A DNA stretch of 63,993 bases, counting the filler, from Catajapyx aquilonaris (taxonomy: Eukaryota), in assembly GCA_000934665.2 (NCBI GenBank). It is 4 parts of 4 records of this genome, joined end to end, with 100 filler letters (N's around TTAATTAATTAA, not from the genome) between each part and the next. Parts side by side here need not be neighbours in the genome. Positions count along the whole stretch, not along the records: positions 32,165 to 48,100 come from KZ539673.1; 3 more parts are not named here. One strand, given 5' to 3'. Made by a program: the position numbers and the translations under genes. Below the pieces are notes generated by a model that had not been told where the DNA came from, searched no databases, and saw nothing but the letters and a program-made list of their open reading frames with translations. Of the stretch, positions 34,122 to 48,100 are shown piece after piece (position 1 is the first letter of the stretch; the number at the start of each line of letters is the position of its first letter).

Positions 34122-37100
34122 CTTTTGCAGGATACTGACTTCTTCAGAAAGCACCCTTCGAGGATTACTCGTATAATGCTAACTCAATTTTGCAATTCAA
34201 ATCTTCATTCGCATTCCTGATTTATTCGGCGTAACTGCAGATTATGACCAACATACTTGACTCAAGACCATCTCGAAGAAAGGCGATACTCAATACGGGC
34301 GAGACAGTCGGCGAAGGCATAAATTTAATATCGCATATGCAGTAGTACGTATCGAGAATACAAAAAGTTCCGCCTAGAGTGGAGGAACGTGAATTGCTAT
34401 TTTCACCAGTGAGATATTTCCAGTAGAGATTTCTCGGAAGGGGAGAATTTTATAGGAGGCATTTTTCCCCTTTTGAAACCGCGCTCTGAAATCATTCTCT
34501 CCATGCCCTCCTAACCACCCCTCCTTCTTCCCACCAACCCGTTTACCGGCTATGGAGTCAATATCCTGGCCAGGGATAGTGGAATCCACAGGCCTTTTCT
34601 CTACACGGAAAATGGTACGGCTATGTACAAAATATGCGATAAAATAACTGGAATAGTAATGAAATCCTCTGATGTACAGGTTCTGTACTTAGCGGTATAC
34701 CATATTTGTATAAGACAGAACACAGAGAGGATAATCCAGCTTCTGTTTCCAGGGGGAAATACTGTAGCTAACTGTATGTACAGCAACTTTTCATTTATTT
34801 AGCAGGCAGATCTAACTTTTTGTTGAAATAACATGGTAAAAATATTACCAAAAATGGAATTAACGCAACATATTGTGGACATACAGGACAAATATACTAA
34901 GCCATATATTGGCCGGTTTTGAGTTATTTACATGACAAAGTAACATTTTTCTGCAGTTATCACCTGGTGAAGTCCATGTAGTCCTAAAGCTTTCATAATG
35001 AGCCAAGAAGCCACGGTTTTATGTAGTACTAGCATGTAAAGTGAACAAGTGAACTTTTCCTTTATGCCCACACAATGTTATACCGACTTTAACAATATAT
35101 TCAAATTTATTACATACTTCTAAGCCTAAACCCTAAAAATGTTGTATTAAATTTTTCTGCTAAATATTACAATTTTTAGAGTGTTTTAATGGGGTTAATA
35201 ATACGATCTAGCAACACAAACACTAAAAAATAGTAGGCCTATGCAGTCATTATACTATATTACGGATTTACAACACAATTTCATATATCACAGGATAGAG
35301 ATTACACGATTTAGCAACTACATCTCATGCCAGCGAAATACTGTACAGCTAAATTTCACATCCGGTATACTATAAGGCAGTACAGTGCATTCACTAATCC
35401 GGCTCCAGTCTAAATCCCATCGGACAACCCCATCCCCGATTTGTGGACATACCAAGGTATTCTCACACACTCCACCCCTTTCTAAAAAATGAAAAATCTT
35501 GCGAAAAAAATGATTGGCATCCCTCGCGAAAGCACATTTGAGATTGCTAACCATAACACTAATCAAGCAGAGTGGAAAGTACGCGCACTAGAAACCCCGC
35601 CTAACATTACGCGCCATAAAGTCCCCTATTCTTAAAGCGATTTTGACCTCCATCAGCAGCATCACAGCAGCGATTGCCATTTATATTTTACTTGGACCCG
35701 GTCATAAAAAAAGCACCAGGTCCACCCCCCCCCCCCTAAACTTTCTTCAGAGCACTTAAAAAATTCCCATTGCACCGATGCGGGTTACGGNNNNNNNNNN
35801 NNNNNNNNNNNNNNNNNNNNNNNNNNNNNNNNNNNNNNNNNNNNNNNNNNNNNNNNNNNNNNNNNNNNNNNNNNNNNNNNNNNNNNNNNNNNNNNNNNNN
35901 NNNNNNNNNNNNNNNNNNNNNNNNNNNNNNNNNNNNNNNNNNNNNNNNNNNNNNNNNNNNNNNNNNNNNNNNNNNNNNNNNNNNNNNNNNNNNNNNNNNN
36001 NNNNNNNNNNNNNNNNNNNNNNNNNNNNNNNNNCCCCCCCCCCCCCTCTTTCCTCCTCGACCAGAGGGTGCCAGCAAAAGGAGTTCCACTCATGCGATCG
36101 GAGCAAACATTCGACAGGCCCTCGTCACGAGCATGATGATTAAGTCTAGATGTTATCTAGGGTGGGTTTTTAGCGACTGGTGCAAACGTCGCCGAAAGTT
36201 GGGAGAGAATCTGCAGCATCATGGGGTTTGGAGGGTTGAACACCCTGGGCTCTGAGCTAATACAGGGTGCTCGTAAATGAAACTGCTCATTACAAATGGC
36301 TTAGTGCCATCTGCGTGAACCTAGCCGGGTGTGTATAAAGGGGAAGGGGGGTTGCAGTTTTTTGGATGGGTTGGAAGCGGGCCGACCACTGGAGTCGTAA
36401 GTATCAGTATTCTCCCTCAGGTCCATTTCATTGCCGTTTTATGCAAAGTGAGGATGTTCTTCCATGGTGAATTTCGAGGAACTATTATGTTCATATTTTT
36501 GTAATTTACCTTTAGAAATGTGTCATATAATTTGTTTTTCAAACGTATTTCTCAGGCAATATGATTGAAATGATAAGATAATAGGGTTGACTATCAGACT
36601 AAACGGTTCAAGGACTATCATAGACTCAATAACTCAATTTCGATGAAAATTCCAATCAGGTGTTCCGTGAGTTTAAATCAGGGTAGTCAATTGCAAAACT
36701 GGTTGATGAAGAGTATGGTGAACGATAAATTCAGGCTATTATGTCAAATGTTGGCAGTGACTATGAATTGAGAAGACTATAGAGAATGTGAAATAGAGCA
36801 CTGAGCCCATCTTCTCCTCCTTGCCACCCCCGACTAGGCAGACGGGATCAAGTGGCATGACAAAAAGGATCGAAGCCGGCACTTGTTCCACTCGAGTTCA
36901 AAAGCACGGCTGAAAGGCGAGATTCGGCAAATCTGCCTACTAAAAAAAAGTTGACATTGGTTCCACAATCCTTAATGTCATGCAGTCTAAGAGAGTTTCT
37001 CGTTTCCAAAGAAAGTTTCATTGCCAAGCTTCCGATGTACAGTAGTCTACTTTCGGTGGCAAGTTTTTTTTTTCTCTCTCATCTTTTCTCGGATCCACAG

Positions 37101-39368
37101 AGTGGTTGATGAAATTCTGTCAAAAACTCGAGGTTGATATAGAGATAACTTATATCTCCTGTACTTTGACATCTGATGAGTAGCTGAAAAGCAGGAAATG
37201 ATTAAGAAAAACATTAATCTGCTTTTGATCTTTCCCTCACTGCTGTGAACTTAAGGTTTCAGATATGATTTATTCGATTTTAAATTTCATTAATATACTG
37301 TAGAGCCAGAATGAAGCTAGACCCTTTCATAATACGAGTAATATCAGATATTTTGCAGGGAGGTAGAGCCCTATTTACAATTTAGTTTTGCGGGACATCC
37401 GGATAGGTTGAATGATGACGTCGTCTGTGCCTCGTCCCAGCTCATTATCGTCACAGCATTGCCAGCTGCAGGGATTATAACTGGTGCGGCAGCCAAACCG
37501 CGTGATGTCGTCTGTCACGGCTGTCTTGCGTTCGAGTCTCGCCTGATAATTTCCCTCCACCCCTGATTACCTCGTTACTGGCATCACAAGGAATAGATGA
37601 AGTCATGGTATTCAGGAGGGTAGTGCCTGATGGTGCTGTTCTCCACCATATGGTCACTTCCATTTTTGTAGCTATTGATACACTCTAACTTATGAATATG
37701 AACATTTAAAATATTTGGGCTAGGCCTGTTTTTTGATGTAAGTTTTAACAATAACAAAAGCTTACTTATATTTGGATTGAAAGTTTCTTTTTTAATCATA
37801 TCACCGACATGACTGTGTACTATATTGTCGATTCTCCAGATCAGCGAAAAACTAAGCTTTAGTGAATATATTTTCACCTAAGAGGAAAAATATCCGGTTA
37901 AAGTTCAAAATGACATTTTCTGACGACGCTCCAAAGTATCTAACTTTCTGCAAGGCCTGTGACTTTGTTAGCATAAGACGAGAGTTCAAGATGGCAGTTT
38001 ACCACACTCTAGAAAGTACGGTCCTATATTACAGGCTCTAGTCTAGAATGTAGTATTCCATCCTGAAGTGCAAAGTTGGAGATTTTATGAAAACAGATGG
38101 TTTACCTACATAGTGTGTGGCCTATATTATTACCACGACTCACTTATGAAAATTTATAGCCAATAGCGGCCGAATTCCAATCTCTTCAGTAAAGCTAATT
38201 ACACCTTGTTACTACTGAATGCAGTGAAAGCAAATGTTTATAAACTTAACTGCCTCATTATGATTAGGATTTCCTCTTGTGCAGTTTTATTTTTCGCGTC
38301 ACAATTTATATTACAAAGCGCTTACGATTCTAGTAGCCCATTACGTTCATGAAGTTAAAGACCATTTAGAGAGACCAGCAGTATACATATTTCTGCATTT
38401 GTTGTCACAGTCACGCATAATAACTGTCCATACTTTAGCTTATTTACTTATTGCCTGCTCGATACGCCATAATAACGTCGCTATTAATTAACTGGCAGAC
38501 AATCCACTCATTAATTGCTGTAGGCTGAATTCCCCACAGACGTAACTCGCCTTCTTTGCCACAGCAGTCAGGCATATGAAAGCGTCATCGATCCTTGTCC
38601 GCATTTGGGTCAGCTGATCGGCATTTGGACCCTACGTTTTCTAATCAATTAATAACGCCTAGCTGTGCATAACAATACTCACGAGAAGTTGACGTGCGGC
38701 AGGCCTACCTATAATGCCATACCGGGCCTTCATTAAATTTGGTACAACCCCACCTGCCGGCTATGATTCCCTGAGACGGGGCATTCTGGTATCAGCACCC
38801 TCCGTCCGGAAAACGAGGCCAAAAGCAAAATCTCGTGCTGTAATCGAAGGTCCATCGGTGCGGAAAGTCAGGCATAAATTGGACACGAAGCGCGACTGTT
38901 GCTTGGCCGGATCTTATCTGCAGCCACAGTTACGGATCCGGAAACGTTCCTTGGAGAGGAGCCGTCTTATTAACTAACTCGCGGCGCCGACACTCATGCA
39001 CTTGCCAACACTTGCCGCCGTGGAGCCTTCATTACCAACACTACAAATGGCTGTGTATCATTCCAAAATAGCGCTGCTGATATCCCCATGCCGCTATCAG
39101 ATTGTTCCGGACAGTTTTTTTTCTGCTCAAGAAACGGAACCGGTTTGAGCTTTGATCAAATATATAGTCACAGTAGTAGAGGGATCTAATGTAATTGTTG
39201 AGCCAAAAACTTTTGAAGATAAATGTGGAGCAGGGCTAAGCTCAGCTTTTCAGCCAGTTATTTTGTATGCTAAAGTCAAATTGAGATGAGGGTATCACTC
39301 ATTAGTCTAGTAGTGAGAAATATTGGGCTGAGTATGGAAAGTCGCCAAATGTGACGCATGTAATCACA

Positions 39369-39585
39369 CAGGGTGTTCCAAATTCGTGGGTCTTTTTATA
39401 TCTGATATCGCCCGATAGTAGTTATTTTTGTAGCTTGTTGTGCCTCTATAGCAACTGATATAATTTATTCGAACCCCTGGGTGTAATGGGGAACTTGGAT
39501 CGGGGCACAACAAGCTACAAAAAATTACTACTTACTATCTGGCGATATCCGTTATAAAAACGACCCACGAATTTGGCACACCCTG
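39369..39585. mobile_element. Tc1/mariner-type MITE (~217 bp)
   Basis: CAGGGTGTTCCAAATTCGTGGGTC ... GACCCACGAATTTGGCACACCCTG|TA with ~75-bp imperfect arms. Confidence 0.8.
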
Positions 39586-41264
39586 TATTTCCAATCTCTC
39601 CATTTGTCTATGGTAGGTCTAATAATACAGGCATCATTTATGATGCCTGTATTATTAGAAATTAGAAATTAGAAATTATTTGAAATTTGAAATATTTATA
39701 AATATTTCAAAAATCATATAATATCAACTTCATTTTGGTCCCTTTTACACGTAGCAAAAGTTATCGCGTCCAGCAAGAGATGACACTAGTGTGGCACCTT
39801 CAGAGACAAAGGATAGCCAATGGCGACTAAGAAATGAACTTGAAGCCTTTGAGCTCGTATGCAATAGCATGTCTCCTGACGTACAGTACGTAGAGCAAAT
39901 TCAGGTTCCTGCACCTCAGAAAAAGATCAAGCAGTCCGTCCCCAACACCTCCAAGCCCCTGTAACCGCAACTAGAAGTCCAGTGCTGGAGGCCGAAACTT
40001 GTGCCGGATCCAACATTGAATCGGCAGTAATTGAGAGAATTTAGCTTCTCCAAAAGGCCTTTGAAGAAACATCAGATGCACAAGACTCCAAAAGATGAAT
40101 GACTGCAACGACGTAATGACTAATGGTTGGGTAACTTTTCAACTCCTTGCCAATGTAGATGACTCCTAATGCCCTCACAGTTCCATACTTTTCTTGCACT
40201 CAACCATGTTCTTCCACCTAGCAACGACTCATTACACTAGACGACTCCTAGAAATGCCCTCTCCAAACTCCAAAATATGCCGCTGTTTCCACACCTGCAC
40301 GTACAAGTTCTACAGTATTTCCTGCTACATATCTCATACATTCGCAAATTCGGTTGGGATGACGGAATGGGAATTTCAACCCGCCGCGAGATAATGGACC
40401 TCATATCGGATGCAGAGATGGAATTGTAATGAGGGAGATGCTGCTCTGGTTTTTTTTTCCTAAAAAAAATAAATGAATTAGTGGAGAGAGGGAGAGAATA
40501 GTGGATGATTCTGGGTAAGCAGATCCTTCCTCTGGTTTTAACGTTAGCTTCCAATTGTGCTCCGGGCGGAACAGACTCGTCGGATGAAAGCTCACTCCGA
40601 TTGAATGATTCGAGGGGAAATTCTTTTCTCCCAAGTGTTCTCTACTCATCCCTTCGTTACTGGAGGGAGGGGAAAAAATTCGTGGGGTCCGGAATTCCTG
40701 TGCACTAATTCCACGCATGCAATAGGATTACTTTTTTGTAGGTGGCCAGATTGTCTGGAGGGTGAGGCCAGTTGGGGTCATTTGTTAAATTAATATTTCA
40801 ATCACATTTAAAAGAGAGGTTGAACTGCTTTGTGCCCTTGCATGTGACGGTGTACAAAGGACTGTGACGTAAGTAACTCGACAACAGTCATGAAAGGGGT
40901 GGAAAATAGGCTGCCCTGGATTCAGAGGTGAATATTTCAGGTATGGTCCATTCCTGACCTGTATTCAAGACAGCAGCAAAAAAGTAAACGGAGTCCCTCC
41001 AGCATAATTAGGCTTTTAAAAATAAACTACAATACATTTAAGGCAAAATAATGTGAAAAATACAGACATTTCATTTTATTCTCTGAAAATCTCTGGGCTA
41101 TTGCTAAATATCTAAGTAATAGAAATTGACCTCGTCAAAGTGTTAATTATAATAAAGGAATGAGACATAAATACGTGTTAGAACAATAATTCCCCCTCCC
41201 TATCCTGAAGTATTGGCATCAAGTAAATATGGCAAATAAATTGAACATGCAGGTAAGTACTTAC

Positions 41265-41410
41265 ATCATCGTCTTTTAGCTTGGGTACTCCTAGCTCGTA
41301 AATGTTGAGCATGTGTGCTGCCTGCACATGTACCATCAGGTCCCAGGCACTGGTGAATGAGTCCTTGCAAAGTACACACAGCAGAGCTGCTGGTTCTTCT
41401 CCTGGAGACT
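41265..41410 (-). CDS. Internal exon encoding a BCL11/ZNF296-type C2H2 zinc finger (rest of the gene not resolved)
   Basis: TTTCAG acceptor and GTAAGT donor bracket SPGEEPAALLCVLCKDSFTSAWDLMVHVQAAHMLNIYELGVPKLKDDD, matching the EP..C..C...F.SAW.L..H.Q..H...IY signature of the first BCL11-family C2H2 finger. Not in the ORF track. Confidence 0.8.
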
Positions 41411-44317
41411 CTGAAAATCGAAGGGTTTATTTTCAGATTCAATCAGTGCTGAACTGTAATTGAAGGGTTTCCAAAGAATATGGTCGCAATTCAGCAAATT
41501 AATAAAGGCCACTGCACTCCACTTTTTCCTTCCGTCTATTCTGGAAGTAAAGTTGTTTTTTTGGCTTTTCCAACGTCGTTTATTAATTTATATACTACTA
41601 CGCTAAACCAGATATACGCGTACAGGGTGGAACGAAAGTTAGCACAGATCAATACAGTTGAAAATGGGGAAGCTTACTTCTTCACATTTCTTATACGTCC
41701 TGGTGGCAAAGTTATGTACACTGTTGGAAAACTAGTTTTCCTATGGAAATTTTTTTGCTATACATTTGAAAGTGAGGAGGCATTGGAGAAGGTCCGAGCA
41801 ACTTTTACTGATATGGAATCGAGCTGACCTTTGTTCCATCTGTTTCAGATGTTAATCCTAGTGCAGAAGACATTGTGGTAAGCAAAATAATGTAATCCCA
41901 TATGAAAACTTGAAATTGAGAACAATCAAAATCACATTTGACAACTTTCGAGTTATGCAATAATTTATTTTCAAATATTTTTTGCAATCTGAGTGTGTAA
42001 TTAGAAACCTCACTCTGCTCATTAAATAATTCTATCCATATAAGCATTATAACGGTTACAGCGTTATATAGTTCAGCTAATGATATGAGGCAGACCTGAC
42101 CTATCACATTAACATAATCCGACAACCCAATCCGAACCAAAATGCGCATGGCAACTCCGCCTAGTTTTCGAGGTCTTATAGTCAGAAGATATCACGTTTG
42201 GATGGTCACATTATGACAAGACTACGGGCCAGGAATGCCTCATGCCATTGAATTAGACGCCATGGTAAATAAGACTGCAAGGTGGTCCATAACTAACTTA
42301 CTGACTTTTCTGTGCGTTGAAATATCAACCAAAATTATCAACTGATCTAAGGATGATACTATCGCCTTTTAAAGTGAAAATATGAGTATATGTTCATATA
42401 CCCAGTATTCCTAACTGATTTATCAAAGCACAATTTCCTAAGCATGACATAGTCAAGTCAGGCCAAAAATCAGATGTGGATGAGCGGCTATTGCCTCATA
42501 CGACACAGTAGCGCATTAATTAGGACGTGGTATTGAAATTCTGAATATCAAGCGACTCCGAGGCACTCTATATGATTATTACGTTTGAAATGCCACGATC
42601 TCCTCTCCTTTTAACAGCCAAGTGCACTTGAAATTGCGTAAAAAGAAACTGACTATGATAGCCTTGTCCCAGATTGAACCCACTCTCGCCAGAAGCGCTC
42701 TCGAAGAATTTTCTCTGAAGAACCATTGCTAGCGTACTCATATGACAACGTTCTCCACAGTGTATTTAAAAAAATCGGCCAATTTTAGTTCATGTAAACA
42801 TCACTTTACAAGAAGACTCGTAGTGTATAGAACCAGAATGCGATGGCCCCAAAAATTTAGACATATAAAAGCATTTTACCCAACTACTTTGCATTCCTTC
42901 CTCACACTTAACCTTATCCCCGCCCATTGAAAAATAGGATCATCTGCAAGCACCGGGTTTTGAATATTCAGCAAAGACTTTTCCGCATGTGGCTCCATGG
43001 TTTTCTGAGTTTCCTTCTGTGCCCTGCCCCCACAGAAAATTTTGAGCGCAAGAGGGGGGCTAACCGCGATTTGGACCGTGGAAAATGCAACTTTTTTTTC
43101 ACCCTCCAACTCTGCGACAAAAAGCAAGAGGATCCCGCAATTACTTAATTAGTAGGCAGTAGGGCGCCGGGATTTCCAAGGTTCCTGAAAATTTAGGACT
43201 TCATCTCCACCTTGTAAATTTCACATAGGGTGGTCTTAGCTGCAAGCCGAGTCGCCGAGGAGCAAATGGGTTACTCGCCTACTTCTGCCCCATGGCCACT
43301 ACAGGCTGCCTCTGACCATGTTGACGTCAGCAGCACTGCAGATAAATAAATTGTACTAGGTACTTTCTACATTCTGTAATACTAATATGACCACACAATG
43401 ATAAGGGACAAATGTGTGTCTCGTCTTCTTACATGAATTACAGTAGGGCCTAGTACTGGTGACACCTGATCTTTCGCTCCATCCTTCAACACCTCCACAG
43501 GCACTAAGCAAGTACTGCTGAAGCGCTTTTCCAACGAATAACTTCCACACTGTTTTGTGCCTGTTCTCTCCCTCGAACAAGCTTGAGCAGGGCAACTTCA
43601 GGCACCTGGGAATAGTGTTGGACGTCACTTTCCGGGACTTCCCCGACTCATCCAGCTCCGGGACACACTAATCAAATATCCGAGGCTCTCTAGACACAGT
43701 CCATTTTGTATGCAGCAATGACACCCCCACCCTGCCTCCCCATACGCAAACTGCACGGCCTTACAAAACGACGCTTACACTCAGTTTGTTAATCATGCTT
43801 TTATTCCCCACTTGACCCGATGTGGACCTCAGCCACCACAGGTTGTCAACTTGAAGGGTTCCAGTGAGAAACAACCGTCAACTGAGGGTTGTTGTTTTTT
43901 AAAAAACCGGATGGAAATGCGTTCTACCTCAGGTTTTTTGGTGGTAATGTTCTTGGGTTGCCAGAATATTCATGCTGGTTTGCGGTTGTAGTGGAAATTG
44001 CACAGATTCGCTTGTGTGCAATGATAATGATCACCCAGGAGTGGAAGGTACAGTTAAAAGGACAAGGGAAGAAAGTGCGGAGTGCGTGGTGTGGCTTAGC
44101 TCAGGAGAGGCTCTGGGGTCTGTTACCGGAACATGGTGGTTTTCCGCTACGCCGAGAACCTTGCAACATGCACGACCTCAGCTTTTGAGAGGTTCATTAA
44201 TGAAGTGCAAACCACTGAAACAATTATCTAGCTACACATTACACATTGTAATGTAAAGCACAGACTGTTAGGCAACGTTCACCAAGTCTTTATGAATTCA
44301 TCCGGCAAAATGTGGCA

Positions 44318-44379
44318 ATAGCAGCAGCAGCAATAACAACAACAACAACAAAATAATAATGATAGTAGTAGTAGTAGTA

Positions 44380-44422
<43 letters not shown>

Positions 44423-44439
44423 TAATAATAATAATAATA
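44318..44439. repeat. Compound trinucleotide microsatellite (GCA)n(ACA)n(GTA)n(ATA)n
   Basis: Directly visible. Confidence 0.95.
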
Positions 44440-44900
44440 AGCTACACCTATACAAAGCTGATGCAATGTGTGAAGAGAGGTGGTGCTAAGAGGATTTTGT
44501 GGGTGTGTTTGAAGGTTGGTAGCGACTTTTAAGCACCGGTTGACTCATTTTAGGATGGGATAAGAATAAATATGATTATGTTGCTATAGTTGTTTCCGAT
44601 TAGGTTTAATCTTCTCTGAACAATAGCCACTAGTGAGCATTTTGAAATTCTTAAACGTGTTATTTTCACTGCCACCGCCATTAAAATGGAAGTTATTTAC
44701 TCTGCTTATGCTTATCCACTCTCGGCTAGGCAGTTACTGGATACCGATACTGCATCAGATGCTATCGCTTCCACAATAATTTCTATGCCCCATCCCCAGG
44801 TTTGTAGCCCCCATCAGACAGTGTTGCATGGAAGTGTGCCTATGTTTGTGCATATGAGAATTCCCTCGACACACTGTATAATAATGTACAAGTATAATGC

Positions 44901-45258
44901 AGTACAGTGATGGACATTAATCGCGTCATACTGTTTGCGACATTTTATGATGCGGCAGAAGCTTTGGGCAGAAGTGCAGCGAGTAAGAAGAGGTAGGCTT
45001 GAGTGACGTCACCGGCTGGGGAGCAATGGAGAAAAGGTTTGTCCCCAGCCAGTGACGTCACCCAAGGGTTACCATTTCATACTAGCACGGCTCGCACTCT
45101 ATCACTTAGATTTGCACGGGTCTGTCGCATCGGAAAATGTCGCTAGCAGATGACAGAATTGAATCTGTGATTTTTAAAAGGGCAAGATTCAGTGCCCTTT
45201 TCCAGTGAATATTACCCTTTTCAAAATGACCGATTCAATTGATGTCCAGCACTGTACT
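44901..45258. mobile_element. Palindromic MITE
   Basis: AGTACAGTGATGGACATTAAT / ATTGATGTCCAGCACTGTACT ends, plus internal inverted pairs (GCGACATTTT/AAAATGTCGC; GTGACGTCACCGGCTGGGGA/TCCCCAGCCAGTGACGTCAC). Confidence 0.65.
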
Positions 45259-46278
45259 GTACAATACCATGCGCGTCTGAGAATCGCCCTGCTCAACTTG
45301 GAATCGCCTCGACAACCAGCTTCATCAACCCTGACACCTACTCACACATCAGCAACAATGCAATAAACACTACCGAGGCGCTCATTACGAACCACATCTA
45401 ATTGACCCAGCTGTCTAGTCCCGTCATATGCAGAAAAGTCGTGCTTTCAGCCCCGACAACCCCTCCTTTATGAGCACCGCCACATGATGTCTCAAAAAGA
45501 GGGACTCCCCGTCTGAATTTGGGAATTCTGCTGCAAGGGACTCCTTCATTCCACCAGCAGCCAGGTGACATCAAAGCAAGGACCGGAGCACGTGTTACAG
45601 CTCTCTATCTTTAGAGCCGCGCATGGATCCCTCTACGGAAAGGAAGAATAAAGCCACGATGCCTGCAGGCCGACTCAACCCCCCAACCACCTCAACCCCA
45701 AGCACCCCTTTGACGCAGAACTTCTTTTTTTCAGCTTCCCTCAGCAGCAACCGTTATCCCAGGCCAAGAAGATCCTTGTAATCCATTCCGAGCTCTGGTT
45801 CTTCCGCCCACTTGGGCTTGCTTTCTATGGCCTCTAGTCCTGCAGAACGAGCTGCACCAGATCCCTGACGCTCTTTTCTCTACGCAGACCCTAGGGTTAC
45901 AGCCAGAGAGAGTAGGAGGAAAAAAAAATGGCAGTAACTTTTTCTGCCTCCGGACTGTGGTTCTTTTGATTCCGCTTGGTTCACTAGACAGAATCCAGCT
46001 ATTAGTCGGGACTGTAGACGTGCTTCTTCAAAGGGCTGTCTGGTGTCATCTTGTCTCAGTGCTACGACTTTCATGTACACAGGAATTTATTTCATACCGG
46101 ATTGGCCAGACTTTTCGGTCGAAAAACTGGAAAAGGGGAGCTGGACCATTTCGTTTCACGATGTTTATTTTTTCCCAATTGCGCTCATTTCAGTGCCTGT
46201 GCTGTTTTGGAACTGATTTGAGGCCCAGAGGGAATTTGTAATAGGGTAAACCATACAGTGATGGCCAGTTAGTGTATT

Positions 46279-46613
46279 TTTTTATATATACCCCGTGATA
46301 GGGCCATAGGCCCCTATAGGGGAGTGGAATACCACCATTTTTCCTTCAATTTTCTATTTTTCTTCTAACTCCGGTGCAAGGACATGGGGTAAGGGTAGGG
46401 ATTTTTGGGGAGGGAACATGGGTGCAAGTGCAATGTCTACAAAATGGGTCATGTGCTGTTCCCCAGGAGGTTAGGTTGCCAGACACCTCCTTGGTGCAGA
46501 TCAGAGACCCTCCTGACGCAGGCGAAAGGAAAGTTCCCCAGGCGGGGATCGAACCTGGGGCCTTTCACTCAGCAAGCCGAGACGTTACCATCTCGGCCAT
46601 CTACATCTCCCCC
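46279..46613 (-). mobile_element. SINE family B-related copy
   Basis: Reverse complement head GGGGAGATGTAGATGGCCGAGATGGTAAC...GGTTCGATCC. Approximate TSD TTAGTGTATT on both sides. Confidence 0.75.
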
Positions 46614-47135
46614 AGTTTAGTGTATTGGTCTCAGTAATACATGAATATTCTCACCATTTCCTTTCACGTAATGTTCTAAAATATTTTTATAATGTAACAG
46701 ACAATACTCTGTCTGCCGCTAGGCAGAAGGCATTAAATTCAACAAAGAGACTTGTGACTAAGGCCGTCCTTGGGCACGGTCAACCTAGTCCTCTTGACAG
46801 GGCCGCACAGACATACATACAAGCTACATGGGCTCCTACATACTGTAAAATTGAGCTATTCACTGGTTTTTAATGCACTACTGTACACTGCATAATTATG
46901 CTGCTTTAACTAACGTTTAATTCAAATAATCAGTGAAACTTACTCGTACCATAGATTTTTAGTTGGTATTCTAGAAAAAGGCTGTTATATTCGGTTATAT
47001 TTCTTAGTTTGCGAGACCATTGCGAAATACATCATTGGCATTTTCTCAGACTTTTATTATTTTTTAATTTAATATTTTGGCGATGCGTGGATAATCCGCA
47101 CCCGGATAATCGGTATTATACAGTAGGCCTACTAG

Positions 47136-47610
47136 ACCGAAGCAGGTTGGCATAGTGGATAAGGCGTCCGACTGCTAATCGGGAGGTCCTGGGTTCGAAT
47201 CCCGGGGCCGGCAACCTTGGCCGTGGTTTTCTGTGGTTTTCCACGGTCTTTCTAGGATAATTCCGGGGTCGCTTCCGTATAATAGGCCACAGCCGCTTCC
47301 TTCCTTCCCTATCCTTGGAGGTTGAATGGCAAATGCTGGGCCAACCTCCTTAAAAAAAATCAATTAAAGTAGGCCTACTAGACCGAAGCAGGTAGGCATA
47401 GTGGATAGGGCGTCCGACTGCTAATCGGGAGGTCCTGGGTTCGAATCCCGGGGCCGGCAACCCTGACCGTGGTTTTCTGTGGTTTTCCACGGTCTTTCTA
47501 GGATAATTCCGGGGTCGCTTCCGTATAATAGGCCACAGCCGCTTCCTTCATTCCCTATCCTTGGAGATTGAAAGTCAATGCTGGGCCAACCACCTTAATA
47601 TCAATTATAA
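47136..47610 (+). mobile_element. Tandem dimer of SINE family A (47136-47367, 47382-47610)
   Basis: Two near-identical copies with B-box GGTTCGAATCC. AGTAGGCCTACTAG occurs before, between and after them. Confidence 0.88.
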
Positions 47611-47619
47611 AGTAGGCCT

Positions 47620-48100
47620 ACTAGCAGGATACCAGGCGTTGCCCGGGTATGTTGGGGTGCTGGTAAAGGTAGGGGTGCATATACAGTATTTTAGGAAGTG
47701 TGCTTGTAAAAATTTCCCTTCCATACACTCGAAACTCGATATGTCTTAAAATAGGCCTTATAAGTTAGCCTACAATAAGCCAAGGTTTGTCACTATCTGT
47801 GATAGATTACCTGCTTCTCTTATAGCGTATAGTCGACACAGATATTCTGATTGGATATGTAAAAAGAGGAATGCGGATGGAGTTGGCCCAGGAAAAGACT
47901 GCATAGCCATGTGTTTTTCCCCCTGCATTTTTGATCCCTTGACCCCCCAACCCCACCTCACACCCCCATCTCGTTCCATAATTATGTTTGCTCTGAAGTA
48001 CTTTTAGTCCGGGTGCTAAGGGGTTGAACTTTGCATTTTGTGACAAAAGTATGAAACTCGGTACACTTGTCCTTTGGACACTTCTGATCATATCTGGACG
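47620..48100 (-). mobile_element. Helitron 3' end (partial)
   Basis: Reverse complement ends CCCGGGCAACGCCTGGTATCCTGCTAG|T, i.e. a GC-rich hairpin followed by CTAG and a T target. Confidence 0.65.

Noticed and set aside
35791..36033. ORFs spanning N runs (also 19652-19779)
   Set aside because: These are assembly gaps beside G/C homopolymers, and the ORFs are artefacts of N translation.
37375..37680. Possible further minus-strand exon of the zinc-finger gene
   Set aside because: A plausible donor exists, but the phase does not join directly to the 41265 exon and the peptide is unrecognised.
43260..46080. GC-richer segments with short ORFs (43356-43628, 45300-46080)
   Set aside because: No conserved motifs or consistent splice model; possibly old repeats.
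47136..47215. tRNA gene
   Set aside because: A- and B-box-like motifs are present, but the sequence continues into a shared SINE body with TSDs and no complete cloverleaf was seen.
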